Part shown: piece after piece, positions 11,538 through 22,204 of the stretch
How the letters are laid out: every line of letters begins with the position of its first letter
Numbering within the stretch: position 1 is the first letter of the stretch
NCBI GenBank assembly: GCA_963815415.1
Contig: CAWFGT010000011.1
Location: 127,386 to 191,385, forward strand
DNA from: an uncultured Actinomycetota bacterium
GTDB lineage: Bacteria; Actinomycetota; Actinomycetes; Actinomycetales; Micrococcaceae
Direction of reading: 5' to 3'
Length of the DNA: 64,000 bases
The notes under the pieces: model-generated
What the model was told of the DNA's origin: nothing
What the model saw: the letters and a program-made list of their open reading frames with translations, nothing else
The model's database searches: none
Position numbers and translations under genes: made by a program

Positions 11538-12662
11538 TCACTCCGCTATTCCGGCGGATTGCCGGGGCCTGCGCTGACGCAGGTACGGCCAGGCCGTGAT
11601 GATCGCCATCACAAGCGTTGCCGCAACATCGACGCTGAGGATCACCTGCCACGGGAAAATCGCGAAGGCCAGGCCGCCGAAGGCCAGGATGCAGGTCCAC
11701 AGGTACATCAGCACCACGGCGCCGCGGTGCGAATAGCCGATGTCCAGGAGTTTGTGGTGCAGGTGGCCCCGGTCAGCGGACCACGGCGACCGGCCACGCG
11801 CTGTCCGCCGGACCACGGACAGGCCGAGATCGAGCAACGGCAGGAAGAGCACCGCGAAGGGCAGCAGGATCGGGATGATCGTGGGGATACCGTTGGCCCG
11901 GTCGTAGAGGCCGGAGGTGATCTGGCCGGTGGAGACGACGGCGGCGGATGCCATCAGCAGGCCGATCAGCATGGCGCCGGAATCGCCCATGAAGATCTTG
12001 GAGGGGAACCAGTTGTGCGGCAGGAAGCCGACGCAGCTTCCTACCAGCACCGCCGTCAGGAGCGTGGCCAGATCGGAGAAGTCCGTCAGCGGGGCGTTGC
12101 GGTGCACCCAGTAGGCGGTGAGGAAGAACGCCACTCCCCCGATGATCGCGACTCCGGCTGCCAGCCCGTCCAGGCCGTCGATGAAGTTGAACGCATTCAT
12201 GGTGGTCACGATCAGGCCGGACGTCACGATGATCTGCACCATCTCCGACTCGAGCGGGATGGACTCGGGAATGAACGGAATAATAGTCATCCGCACGCCC
12301 CAGACGGCTACCACCACTGCTGCCGCGCTCTGGCCGATCAGTTTGACCCACCACCGCAGGTCGATCAGGTCATCGGCAATGCCGACCAGGACGATCACGC
12401 CCGCCCCGGCGAGGATTCCCCAGGGAGCATCGTTGTTGCGGAAAATGTCCTTCACGAAGAAGGAGTTGCTCGCTACGACCAGGGCCACCAGGACGCCGGA
12501 GAAGATGCCCAGGCCCCCGAGCCTGGACACCGGGGTGGAGTGCACGTCCCGGCTGCGGATCGGAGAGAACAGCCCCAGCCTGTTGCCGGCAAGCCGGGCG
12601 CCCCAGGTTGCCCCGTAGCTGACGATCGCCGCCGTCAGCATCATCAGCAGGTACATGATCAT
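11538..12662 (-). CDS. wecA: UDP-GlcNAc:undecaprenyl-phosphate GlcNAc-1-phosphate transferase (WecA/Rfe, MraY family)
   Basis: 374 aa, polytopic. Glycosyltransferase-4 motifs (IGIADDLIDL, NAFNFIDGLDGLA, MGDSGAM). Same position as rfe (Rv1302) next to the atp operon. Confidence 0.88.
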   Translation of the reverse strand: MIMYLLMMLTAAIVSYGATWGARLAGNRLGLFSPIRSRDVHSTPVSRLGGLGIFSGVLVALVVASNSFFVKDIFRNNDAPWGILAGAGVIVLVGIADDLIDLRWWVKLIGQSAAAVVVAVWGVRMTIIPFIPESIPLESEMVQIIVTSGLIVTTMNAFNFIDGLDGLAAGVAIIGGVAFFLTAYWVHRNAPLTDFSDLATLLTAVLVGSCVGFLPHNWFPSKIFMGDSGAMLIGLLMASAAVVSTGQITSGLYDRANGIPTIIPILLPFAVLFLPLLDLGLSVVRRTARGRSPWSADRGHLHHKLLDIGYSHRGAVVLMYLWTCILAFGGLAFAIFPWQVILSVDVAATLVMAIITAWPYLRQRRPRQSAGIAE

Positions 12663-12952
12663 CGGGAAACCACCGTCCCGGCGTCAGCGCAGGCAGCACC
12701 CCGCCGCACCGTCAGCCTGAAGGGGCGCGGCTGGTGCGTGTTTCGGGGTGATGAGAGGGGCCGTGGAACTGTCGTTCGGTAAATGAAACTTCTCCGTCGC
12801 CGTGCTCAGGGCAGGCAGTGCGTGGTGCCTGACAGGGCTGTATTACAGTGGACTCTAGTCAAGATACTAATGCCAACGGCCACCTGTCTTCGCGTCACAC
12901 GGCCCTTTGCCGGCGGGAAACGCACTACCGGCCGTGCTGAAAGGACCCCGCG

Positions 12953-13849
12953 ATGACCCTGCCGGTTGCAGTCGCTGCCGTGACGTTTGATCGTCCCCGG
13001 GAGCTGGCGGTCCTGCTGGACGCCATCAACAACCAGAGCGCAAAAGTCCGCTCCATCTGCCTCGTCGACAGCGGCACGGTGCCCGCCAAGGATGTCGCCG
13101 ACCGGCACGGGAACGTGGACTATGTCCGTTCCGAGGCGAACCTGGGCGGGGCGGGTGGTTTTTCCCTGGCGATCCTCAAGGCAGTGGCCAGCGGCGCGGA
13201 CTGGATCTGGATGATGGACGACGACGCCGAGCCGGCCGACCCGGACTGCCTCGCCACGCTGCTCCGTGAGGCTGAGGCCCGCGGCCTGGACGCCGTCGTT
13301 CCGTTGGTCGTGGCGCCCGGCCACCCGGACAGGCTGTCCTTCTTTTTCCGCCTCGACGGGAAAGTCACGCACGAACGGGCCGCACTGGAAAAGGTAGGGT
13401 TCCTGCCCGACGACGGGCACTTCTTCAACGGCGCGCTCATCCGCTCGGATGTGTTCTTCAAGGTCGGGCTTCCGGACATGCGGCTCTTCATCCGCGGCGA
13501 CGAAGTGGACTTCACCCTCAGGCTCCGGAAGGCCGGGATCCGCTTCGGGACCGTCACCACGGCTGCCATCACCCACCCGCACGCGTTCTCCGAGACCAAG
13601 CACGTCTTCGGAGCCCGGTGGCACGTGATCGTCCCCGACTCCGCCTTCAAGCGCTACTTCTACTACCGGAACCGCGGCTACATGATCCGCCGCCACTTCC
13701 GCGTCAAGTCCTTCGTGGCCGACGTCGGCGGGTACTTGGGGTACTTCCTGCGCCAGGGCGATTTCCGTGGCCTGGCCAACTGGTTCCAGGCCTTTTCCAC
13801 CGGTCTCCGGGGGAAGGGCTTCGGTCCGCTCAAGGACCAGAAGTTCTAG
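12953..13849 (+). CDS. GT2-family glycosyltransferase, GlfT1-like
   Basis: AAVTFDRPRELAVLLDAINNQ...NLGGAGGFSLAILKAVASGADWIWMMDDDAEP follows the pattern of mycobacterial galactofuranosyltransferase GlfT1 / GT2 enzymes. GAAAGGA SD. The antisense ORF 12806..13696 is rejected. Confidence 0.8.
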   Translation: MTLPVAVAAVTFDRPRELAVLLDAINNQSAKVRSICLVDSGTVPAKDVADRHGNVDYVRSEANLGGAGGFSLAILKAVASGADWIWMMDDDAEPADPDCLATLLREAEARGLDAVVPLVVAPGHPDRLSFFFRLDGKVTHERAALEKVGFLPDDGHFFNGALIRSDVFFKVGLPDMRLFIRGDEVDFTLRLRKAGIRFGTVTTAAITHPHAFSETKHVFGARWHVIVPDSAFKRYFYYRNRGYMIRRHFRVKSFVADVGGYLGYFLRQGDFRGLANWFQAFSTGLRGKGFGPLKDQKF

Positions 13850-13859
13850 CCGGCAGCAG

Positions 13860-14627
13860 CTAGCTGCGCCGGCGGAGGCGGCGGCGCAGCAGCAGTCCCA
13901 GCAGGACCCACGGCTCGCCGAAGACCCGGTATCCGACCCGTTGCGGATGCAGGATTAGCCGCCAGGCCCACTCCAGGCCCATCCGCCCGATCCACCGCGG
14001 CGCCAGTTTCTGGACGCCGGCGAGCTGTTCGATCGCACCGCCCACGGTACAATAGACGGCCGGCGGCAGCGTGGCGAGGCGGCGGAGCAGGACTTCTTCC
14101 TGCAGCGGCATGCCGAGACCCAGCAGCACGAGCTGCGGGCGCCGCGCTGCCAGCCAGTCTGCGGCCCGCTCCTCGACGTCGCTGTTCCAGCCCTCGCCGG
14201 GGAACCCGTCAACCTGGGCCCCGGGAACGATTTCCCTGAGCCGTGCGACGGCTCCGGCGTTGGCGGCGCCGCCCGCCCCGACCACTGCGATCCGCTCCAG
14301 TCCCCGCACCTGGGCGAGTGCCGGGATCCAGTCGGTCGAGCCCAGGCGGTAGTCCATGGCAGGGCCCCGGTCATCGCTCTTTCCGGACGTGCTGGCCCAG
14401 CACCACAGGACGGGTGCCCCGTCGATCAGGACCACGTCGCTTTGCTCGTAAAAGGACCGGAATTCCGGATCCGAGTGCAGGAGCGTGACGCTGTGGAGGT
14501 TGTGGCCCACCACTGTCCTGGTACCGCCCTCCGCGATGAAGCCGTTGAGGACCTCAGTCAGTTCGGGAACCGTCAGGGGCGTCGCTTCGACGTCGAGCAC
14601 GGGGACGAACTGGCGGGCCGGCATCAT
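13860..14627 (-). CDS. WecB/TagA/CpsF-family glycosyltransferase (GT26, ManNAc-transferase-like)
   Basis: 255 aa. VVGHNLHSVTLLHSDPEFRSFYEQSDVVLIDGAPV...GLGMPLQEE...LEWAWRL is typical TagA-family. ATGA overlap with the upstream gene. Confidence 0.85.
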   Translation of the reverse strand: MMPARQFVPVLDVEATPLTVPELTEVLNGFIAEGGTRTVVGHNLHSVTLLHSDPEFRSFYEQSDVVLIDGAPVLWCWASTSGKSDDRGPAMDYRLGSTDWIPALAQVRGLERIAVVGAGGAANAGAVARLREIVPGAQVDGFPGEGWNSDVEERAADWLAARRPQLVLLGLGMPLQEEVLLRRLATLPPAVYCTVGGAIEQLAGVQKLAPRWIGRMGLEWAWRLILHPQRVGYRVFGEPWVLLGLLLRRRLRRRS

Positions 14628-15370
14628 GGAGTGCCGGGGCCGGGCCGACCATCCGGGTCCGGATCGTCGGCCGCGGCCGGGGCGGGCTCTCCGGCCGGAG
14701 CCGCGGCGTTGCCGTCGACGTCCAGCAGGCCGGGCACCACCGAGCGCAGCTGCTCAAGGCTGAGTGCGCCCTGGCGGACAACACGCAGCGGCACGGCGGT
14801 GGCATCAACGATGGTGGAGGGCAGCGCGTCGGCTCCGTCGAGGGGCCGGTGTCCGCCTTCGAGGTAGACCTCAACCGATTCCGCCAGCTGCGCTTCGGCC
14901 TCGGCAGCGGTCTGCGCGGCTGGCTGGCCGGTGCGGTTGGCCGAGGAAACCGCCAGCGGCCCGGTGAGCGTCAGGAGGTCCTGCGCGACTTCGTCGGCGG
15001 GAATCCGCAGGGCGACAGTGCCTTTGGTCTCGCCAAGGTCCCAGTCCAGCGACGGCTGGCAGTGCAGGATGAGGGTAAGGCCGCCGGGCCAGAAAGCCTC
15101 GGCGAGCCGCCGGGCCTCGGCGGGGACCTCCGTGGCCAGGCCGTCGAGGGCGTTGAGCCGGGGAATCAGAACCGGCGGCGGCATCTTCCGCCCGCGGCCT
15201 TTGGCTGCCAGCAGCAAGGTCACGGCGAGGGGCGAAAAAGCGTCGGCCGCGATCCCGTACACGGTGTCCGTGGGCAGCACCACGCATTTGTTCTCGCGGA
15301 TGGCCCGCTGGGCATGTTCAAGTCCTGCGGCGCGCTGTTCGGCGTCCGAGCAATCGTAGCTAGTGGTCAC
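14624..15370 (-). CDS. L-threonylcarbamoyladenylate synthase (YrdC/Sua5 family) with Pro/Ala-rich C-terminal tail
   Basis: VVLPTDTVYGIAADAFSPLAV, GGLTLIL and SSANRTGQPAA motifs. Same position as Rv1301. Confidence 0.88.
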   Translation of the reverse strand: MTTSYDCSDAEQRAAGLEHAQRAIRENKCVVLPTDTVYGIAADAFSPLAVTLLLAAKGRGRKMPPPVLIPRLNALDGLATEVPAEARRLAEAFWPGGLTLILHCQPSLDWDLGETKGTVALRIPADEVAQDLLTLTGPLAVSSANRTGQPAAQTAAEAEAQLAESVEVYLEGGHRPLDGADALPSTIVDATAVPLRVVRQGALSLEQLRSVVPGLLDVDGNAAAPAGEPAPAAADDPDPDGRPGPGTP

Positions 15371-15385
15371 CGGACCATTCTTTCA

Positions 15386-16294
15386 TCAGTTCCCGGCCTG
15401 CTCCGACGCTGCCGACACACCGGCGCCTGACTGTGACGGCACGGCGAGCACCGCACTCGTCGCCCGGTCCTTGCCGTTGAGGTCCCGGTGCGTGGTGACG
15501 TCGGTCCAGATACCGGCGCGGTTCAGCATCGCCATGATCCAGCCGGCCTGCACCTCGGCGTGTTCCATCACGAAATAGCCGCCGGGGACCAGCAGCCGGG
15601 CGGCGGAGGAGGCGGCCGCCGTCGGGAGCTCCATTCCGTCTGCTCCCCCGCCGTACAGCGCCTCCGGCGGATCGTGCAACGCCACTTCGGGTTCGTTCGG
15701 GACGGCTTCGGCCGGAATATACGGCGGGTTGGAGACAACGACGTCGAAGCTGCCGTTATGTTCCGGGAGGGCGTCGCGAAGATCGCCGCGGACCAGGTGG
15801 ACGCCGAGCGGCAGCAGGTTCTTCGCCGCCCAGGCATGCGCGAATTCACTGAATTCGACGGCGTGGACCTCTGCTCCGGGCACCTCGTGCGCAATCGAGG
15901 CGGCGATCGCACCGGAGCCGGTGCCCAGATCCACCACCTTGGGATGCGTCATTCCCTGCAGCCGGTCGATCACCAGCTGCACCACGGACTCGGTTTCCGG
16001 GCGCGGGATGAAAACGCCGGGCCCCACCGCGAGTTCGAGGTACCGGAAATACGCGACGCCCGTGATGTGCTGCAGCGGGATCCGCTGCGCCCGTTCGGCA
16101 ACGAGTTCGGCATAGCCTTCCGGAGCGGGGGCATCGCCAAGCATGAGGGCGCGCAGGCGCCCGAGCCCGACGCCGAGGAGGTGGTCGGCCAGGAGCTCGG
16201 CGTCGACGCGGGGACTCGGCACTCCCGCGGCCGCCAGGAGCGCTGTCGCGTCCCGGACCGCCGCACCGAGTCCCGCAGCTGGCGCTGCCATCAT
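15386..16294 (-). CDS. prmC: Release-factor glutamine N5-methyltransferase
   Basis: VVDLGTGSGAIA SAM-binding motif and the NPPY catalytic motif (VVSNPPYIP). Downstream of prfA. Confidence 0.92.
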   Translation of the reverse strand: MMAAPAAGLGAAVRDATALLAAAGVPSPRVDAELLADHLLGVGLGRLRALMLGDAPAPEGYAELVAERAQRIPLQHITGVAYFRYLELAVGPGVFIPRPETESVVQLVIDRLQGMTHPKVVDLGTGSGAIAASIAHEVPGAEVHAVEFSEFAHAWAAKNLLPLGVHLVRGDLRDALPEHNGSFDVVVSNPPYIPAEAVPNEPEVALHDPPEALYGGGADGMELPTAAASSAARLLVPGGYFVMEHAEVQAGWIMAMLNRAGIWTDVTTHRDLNGKDRATSAVLAVPSQSGAGVSAASEQAGN

Positions 16295-16309
16295 GACATC
16301 CCGTCCGGG

Positions 16310-17383
16310 CTATTCGCCGATGGCGTCCAGGCGTGCCTGTTCGTCCATCTCGATGGCGGACTGGATGACCGGCTCGAGATCACCGTTCATGACCGCGTCC
16401 AGGTTGTACGCCTTGTAGCCGGTGCGGTGGTCCGCGATCCGGTTTTCCGGGTAGTTGTAGGTGCGGATGCGCTCCGAGCGGTCCATGGTGCGGATCTGCG
16501 ATTTGCGCTGGGCGGAGTTCTCGGCGTCGATCTGCTCCTGCTGGTGCGCCAGGATGCGGGCCCGGAGCACGCGCATGCCGGCTTCGCGGTTCTGCAGCTG
16601 AGACTTCTCGTTCTGCATGGCCACCACGATTCCGGTGGGCAGGTGGGTGATGCGCACGGCCGAGTCGGTCGTGTTGACGGACTGCCCGCCGGGTCCGGAG
16701 GACCGGTAGACGTCGATCTTCAGATCGTTCTGGTTGATTTCAAGCTCTTCCGGCTCGTCGACCTCGGGCAGCACGAGCACCCCGGCGGCCGAGGTGTGGA
16801 TGCGGCCCTGCGATTCGGTCACGGGCACGCGCTGCACCCGGTGCACGCCGCCTTCGAACTTCAGCCGGGCATAGACTCCCTCGGCCGGGTCATTGGAGCT
16901 GCCCTTAACGGCCATCTGGACGTCTTTGTAGCCGCCGAGGTCCGATTCGGTGGCGGAAATCAGTTCGGTCTTCCAGCCGCGGGATTCAGCGTACCGGCTG
17001 TACATCCGCAGCAGGTCCGCGGCGAACAGGGCTGCCTCGTCGCCGCCTTCGCCGCCCTTGACCTCGAGGATCACGTTGCGGGCGTCGTCCGGATCCCGCG
17101 GGATCAGCAGCCGGCGCAGTTTGGCCGCCGCCGTCTCCAGCGAAGCCTCCAGTTCGGGAACCTCGGCGGCGAACTCGGGGTCTTCGTCCGCCATCTCCTT
17201 GGCCGCTGCCAGGTCATCCTGGAGGGCGTGCCACTTGTGGTACGCCTCCACGATGCCGTTCAGCTGAGCCGACCGGCGTCCCAGTTTCCGGGCAAGCCGC
17301 TGGTCGGCGTAAACAGCGGGATCCCCAAGCTGGGCCTGGATGGCATTGTGCTCATCCAGCAGGCCCTGTACGGACTCAAACAT
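16310..17383 (-). CDS. prfA: Peptide chain release factor 1
   Basis: 357 aa. GGQ motif ([11 protein letters not shown]) and a PxT-type recognition region ([14 protein letters not shown]). Confidence 0.97.
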   Translation of the reverse strand: MFESVQGLLDEHNAIQAQLGDPAVYADQRLARKLGRRSAQLNGIVEAYHKWHALQDDLAAAKEMADEDPEFAAEVPELEASLETAAAKLRRLLIPRDPDDARNVILEVKGGEGGDEAALFAADLLRMYSRYAESRGWKTELISATESDLGGYKDVQMAVKGSSNDPAEGVYARLKFEGGVHRVQRVPVTESQGRIHTSAAGVLVLPEVDEPEELEINQNDLKIDVYRSSGPGGQSVNTTDSAVRITHLPTGIVVAMQNEKSQLQNREAGMRVLRARILAHQQEQIDAENSAQRKSQIRTMDRSERIRTYNYPENRIADHRTGYKAYNLDAVMNGDLEPVIQSAIEMDEQARLDAIGE

Positions 17384-17442
17384 TTCAAACCTCTTTCGAC
17401 TTTTACAAGTCTAGTTACGGCGGCACGTTCGGTTAAACCAAC

Positions 17443-17561
17443 AACCGCTCGAAAAATTGGCGGCCTGGGAGTGGCTTCGGGCCTGCCGGAGCCGGGTGGC
17501 TGACGATCGCAGATCGTCAGCCACCCGGCGTAGGGGCGGGGCCGCCAATTTTCGAGCGGTT
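17443..17561. repeat. Nested inverted repeat: outer 22/23-nt arms enclosing a perfect 17-18 bp hairpin
   Basis: Outer arms are AACCGCTCGAAAAATTGGCGGCC (17443-17465) and GGCCGCCAATTTTCGAGCGGTT (17540-17561), complementary apart from one bulged A. Inner arms are CCGGGTGGCTGACGATC (17492-17508) and GATCGTCAGCCACCCGG (17512-17528) with a 3-nt loop. It lies in the rho-prfA spacer. Confidence 0.85.
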
Positions 17562-17569
17562 ACGCGACG

Positions 17570-19672
<2,103 letters not shown>

Positions 19673-19998
19673 GAAGGATCCTTCCCCCTCGACGGCGTCC
19701 AGACTGGGAGCTGGACGCGATGATTTGATCCGGGCTGCAGTTCAGATCTGCAGCCGCGCTTTTCAGTCCCGCCGGATGAATTTCGGCCAGCGGGACCGGA
19801 TATTGCTCCACCTTGCACGCTCCAAGTCGCGCGGAACGGTGGGCTGACATGTGAGGAGTGCAGAGCAACTCTGCAATGTCCTGTGTCAGACCGAAAGCAG
19901 GTGGCACCGGAAGATATTGCGCAGTGAAGACCAGACGCAGCGAAGACGATACTCGTCAGAAGATGAGAAAGGCGATACGGCCTACATCACGGTCTTAT

Positions 19999-20111
19999 AA
20001 ACAGTTGCGCTTATGAACAATGCCGCCTCGGAACACTGTCGTCTAAGAACAATGCCGTCTGCGAACAATGCCGTCAAAGGACAATTGCGAATGTGAACAG
20101 CTGCGCGCTTA
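19999..20111. repeat. Degenerate tandem repeat, about 7 x 16 nt, core GAACAATGCCG
   Basis: Units read on the plus strand: AAACAGTTGCGCTTAT / GAACAATGCCGCCTCG / GAACACTGTCGTCTAA / GAACAATGCCGTCTGC / GAACAATGCCGTCAAAG / GACAATTGCGAATGT / GAACAGCTGCGCGCTTA. The last unit overlaps the thrB stop codon. The region is visibly AT-richer than its surroundings. Confidence 0.8.
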
Positions 20112-21095
20112 CCGCCGGTGTACTTCCACTTTAGCACCTTCAATGTCTACGCCCAGTTTCATCACACGCCAGCCCACCTCGGGCGTGTTGTTCGCGGTGT
20201 GGGAGGCGATGAACGCGACCACGGCCTCGGCTTCCTGGTCTCCGTTGGCAAGGACCAGGACCGTCGGTCCCGCCCCGGAGACAACCGCAGCGTAGCCGCT
20301 CTGCCGCAGGGCGCGGATCAGGTCGGCGCTGGGCCGCATGGCCTGGGCGCGGTAGCTCTGGTGCAAATAGTCCAAGGTGCCGGGCAGCAGGAACGCCGGG
20401 TCCTGGGTCAGCGCATGGATCAGGAGCGCCGCGCGGCCGGAATTCATCGCGGCTGCGTGGTGGCCCACCGAGGCCGGGAGCAATGCGCGCGCGGCCTCGG
20501 TCGAAAGCTCGTAGTCGGGCACGGCGACAACCGGGATGACCGTCGGTGCGACGGTCGCACGGGTGCTGCTGTACTGGTCACTGTTCTGCCATGACAGCGC
20601 CAGTCCGCCGAAAATGGCGGGGGCGACGTTGTCCGGGTGGCCCTCCATTTCGCTCGTGAGCTGCAGGATCCAATCCTTGCCGCGACGTGCCGCCTCAGGG
20701 ACGAGGGCGTTGGCGGCGGTCACGGCAGCGACTACGGCCGACGCCGACGATCCGAGGCCGCGGCCGTGCGGGTTGACGTTGTCCGCCGTAATCCGCAATC
20801 CTTCGTGCCGGTAGCCCAGGCGGTGCAAGGCCTCCGTGATGGCTTTGGCCACCAGGTGTGTGGCGTCACGCGGCAGCGAATCCGCACCCTCACCGCTGAG
20901 GTCGAATTCCAGTTCTCCGCTGGCCAGGGTTTCCACGGTGAGGGTGTCGTGGAGCGACAGTGCCAGTCCCAGGCTGTCGTAGCCCGGTCCCAGGTTGGCG
21001 CTTGTGGCAGGGACGCGGACGGTGACCACCTGCGCGGCCGCGACCGCCGGGTTGACGGCAGCGGGCTCCGCAGGGACGGTAAGAGTGGTTTCCAA
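20109..21095 (-). CDS. thrB: Homoserine kinase
   Basis: GHMP-kinase motifs (VRVPATSANLGPGYDSLGLAL; GLGSSASAVVAAV). The start is assigned to TTG 21095, 2 nt after the thrC stop. The track ORF extension to 21530 overlaps thrC and reads as Arg/Gly-rich nonsense. Confidence 0.9.
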   Translation of the reverse strand: METTLTVPAEPAAVNPAVAAAQVVTVRVPATSANLGPGYDSLGLALSLHDTLTVETLASGELEFDLSGEGADSLPRDATHLVAKAITEALHRLGYRHEGLRITADNVNPHGRGLGSSASAVVAAVTAANALVPEAARRGKDWILQLTSEMEGHPDNVAPAIFGGLALSWQNSDQYSSTRATVAPTVIPVVAVPDYELSTEAARALLPASVGHHAAAMNSGRAALLIHALTQDPAFLLPGTLDYLHQSYRAQAMRPSADLIRALRQSGYAAVVSGAGPTVLVLANGDQEAEAVVAFIASHTANNTPEVGWRVMKLGVDIEGAKVEVHRR

Positions 21096-21097
21096 GG

Positions 21098-22204
21098 CTA
21101 TTTTTCTTCCAGTCCCAGTTCTGCGGCAACGGTGACGACGTCGTTGGAGACCTTGACCGGCTGCACGTCGCTGCCGTCTTCGGTCCGGAGGGCCCACTGC
21201 GGGTCTTTGAGGCCGTGGCCGGTTACGGTGATCACGATCGTCTTCCCGGCGGGCACCTCCCCCGCGGCGTGCTTCTTGATCAGGCCGGCGACGCCGGCGG
21301 CGGAGCCCGGCTCCACGAATACCCCTTCGCGGGCGGACAGCCAGCGGTGGGCGGCGAGGATTTCCTCGTCCGTGACTGCTTCGATCAGTCCGCCGGACTC
21401 GTCGCGGGCAGCAACAGCCGTGTCCCAGGAGGCGGGGTTGCCGATCCGGATGGCCGTGGCAATGGTGTCCGGTTCGGTGATGGGGTGACCGGCAACAAAC
21501 GGAGCCGCGCCGGCGGCCTGAAAGCCCCACATGACAGGCGTCTTGGTGGAGACTGCAGGCAGCGTGCCGGCCGTTGCGGAGGCATACGGCGCCGCGTACT
21601 CCTTATAGCCCTTCCAGTACGCGCTGATGTTGCCGGCGTTGCCGACCGGAAGCACATGGTAGTCGGGCGCGTCACCGAGGGAGTCGACGATCTCGAACGC
21701 ACCGGTTTTCTGGCCCTCGATCCGGGCGGGGTTGACGGAGTTGACCAGGAAGACCGGGTAGGACTCGCCAAGCTTGCGCGCGATGTCCAGGCAGTCGTCG
21801 AAGTTGCCGTCGACCTGCAGCAGCGTGGCCCCGTGGGCGATCGCCTGGGACAGCTTGCCCATGGAAATCTTTCCCTCGGGGACCAGCACGGCGCACTGCA
21901 GCCCGGCAGCGGTCGCGTAGGCCGCGGCCGAGGCGGAGGTGTTGCCGGTGGAAGCGCACACCACCGCCTTGGCGCCGGCGGCGACTGCGGCCGTCATGGC
22001 CATGGTCATTCCGCGGTCCTTGAAGGAACCGGTCGGGTTCATGCCTTCGACCTTGAGGTACACCGAGGAACCCGTCAGTTCGGACAACTTCTGCGCGTGG
22101 ACCAGCGGCGTGCCGCCCTCGCCGAGGGTGATGACCTTCGTGGCCTCGGTGACCGGCAGACGTTCAGCATATTCGCGGATGACTCCGCGCCATTGGTGAG
22201 CCAC
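21098..22204 (-). CDS. thrC: Threonine synthase
   Basis: 368 aa. PLP-lysine motif ([12 protein letters not shown]) and full-length homology. The GTG start abuts the hom stop. Confidence 0.95.
   Translation of the reverse strand: MAHQWRGVIREYAERLPVTEATKVITLGEGGTPLVHAQKLSELTGSSVYLKVEGMNPTGSFKDRGMTMAMTAAVAAGAKAVVCASTGNTSASAAAYATAAGLQCAVLVPEGKISMGKLSQAIAHGATLLQVDGNFDDCLDIARKLGESYPVFLVNSVNPARIEGQKTGAFEIVDSLGDAPDYHVLPVGNAGNISAYWKGYKEYAAPYASATAGTLPAVSTKTPVMWGFQAAGAAPFVAGHPITEPDTIATAIRIGNPASWDTAVAARDESGGLIEAVTDEEILAAHRWLSAREGVFVEPGSAAGVAGLIKKHAAGEVPAGKTIVITVTGHGLKDPQWALRTEDGSDVQPVKVSNDVVTVAAELGLEEK

Noticed and set aside
15488-17503. 671-aa plus-strand ORF
   Set aside because: Antisense to prmC and prfA, which carry the NPPY and GGQ motifs.
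17443-17561. MITE interpretation of the nested inverted repeat
   Set aside because: I could find no target-site duplication at the ends and no second copy in this window, so it is kept as a repeat/terminator candidate only.
17384-17569. A hidden rpmE (L31) gene between rho and prfA, as in mycobacteria
   Set aside because: No ORF of suitable size or composition exists in either orientation. The spacer is filled by the inverted-repeat structure.
19999-20111. CRISPR array or SOS (LexA) boxes as an explanation for the GAAC-containing repeats
   Set aside because: The units are contiguous with no unique spacers and are far shorter than CRISPR repeats. No unit contains the inverted GAAC-N4-GTTC arrangement of actinobacterial LexA boxes.
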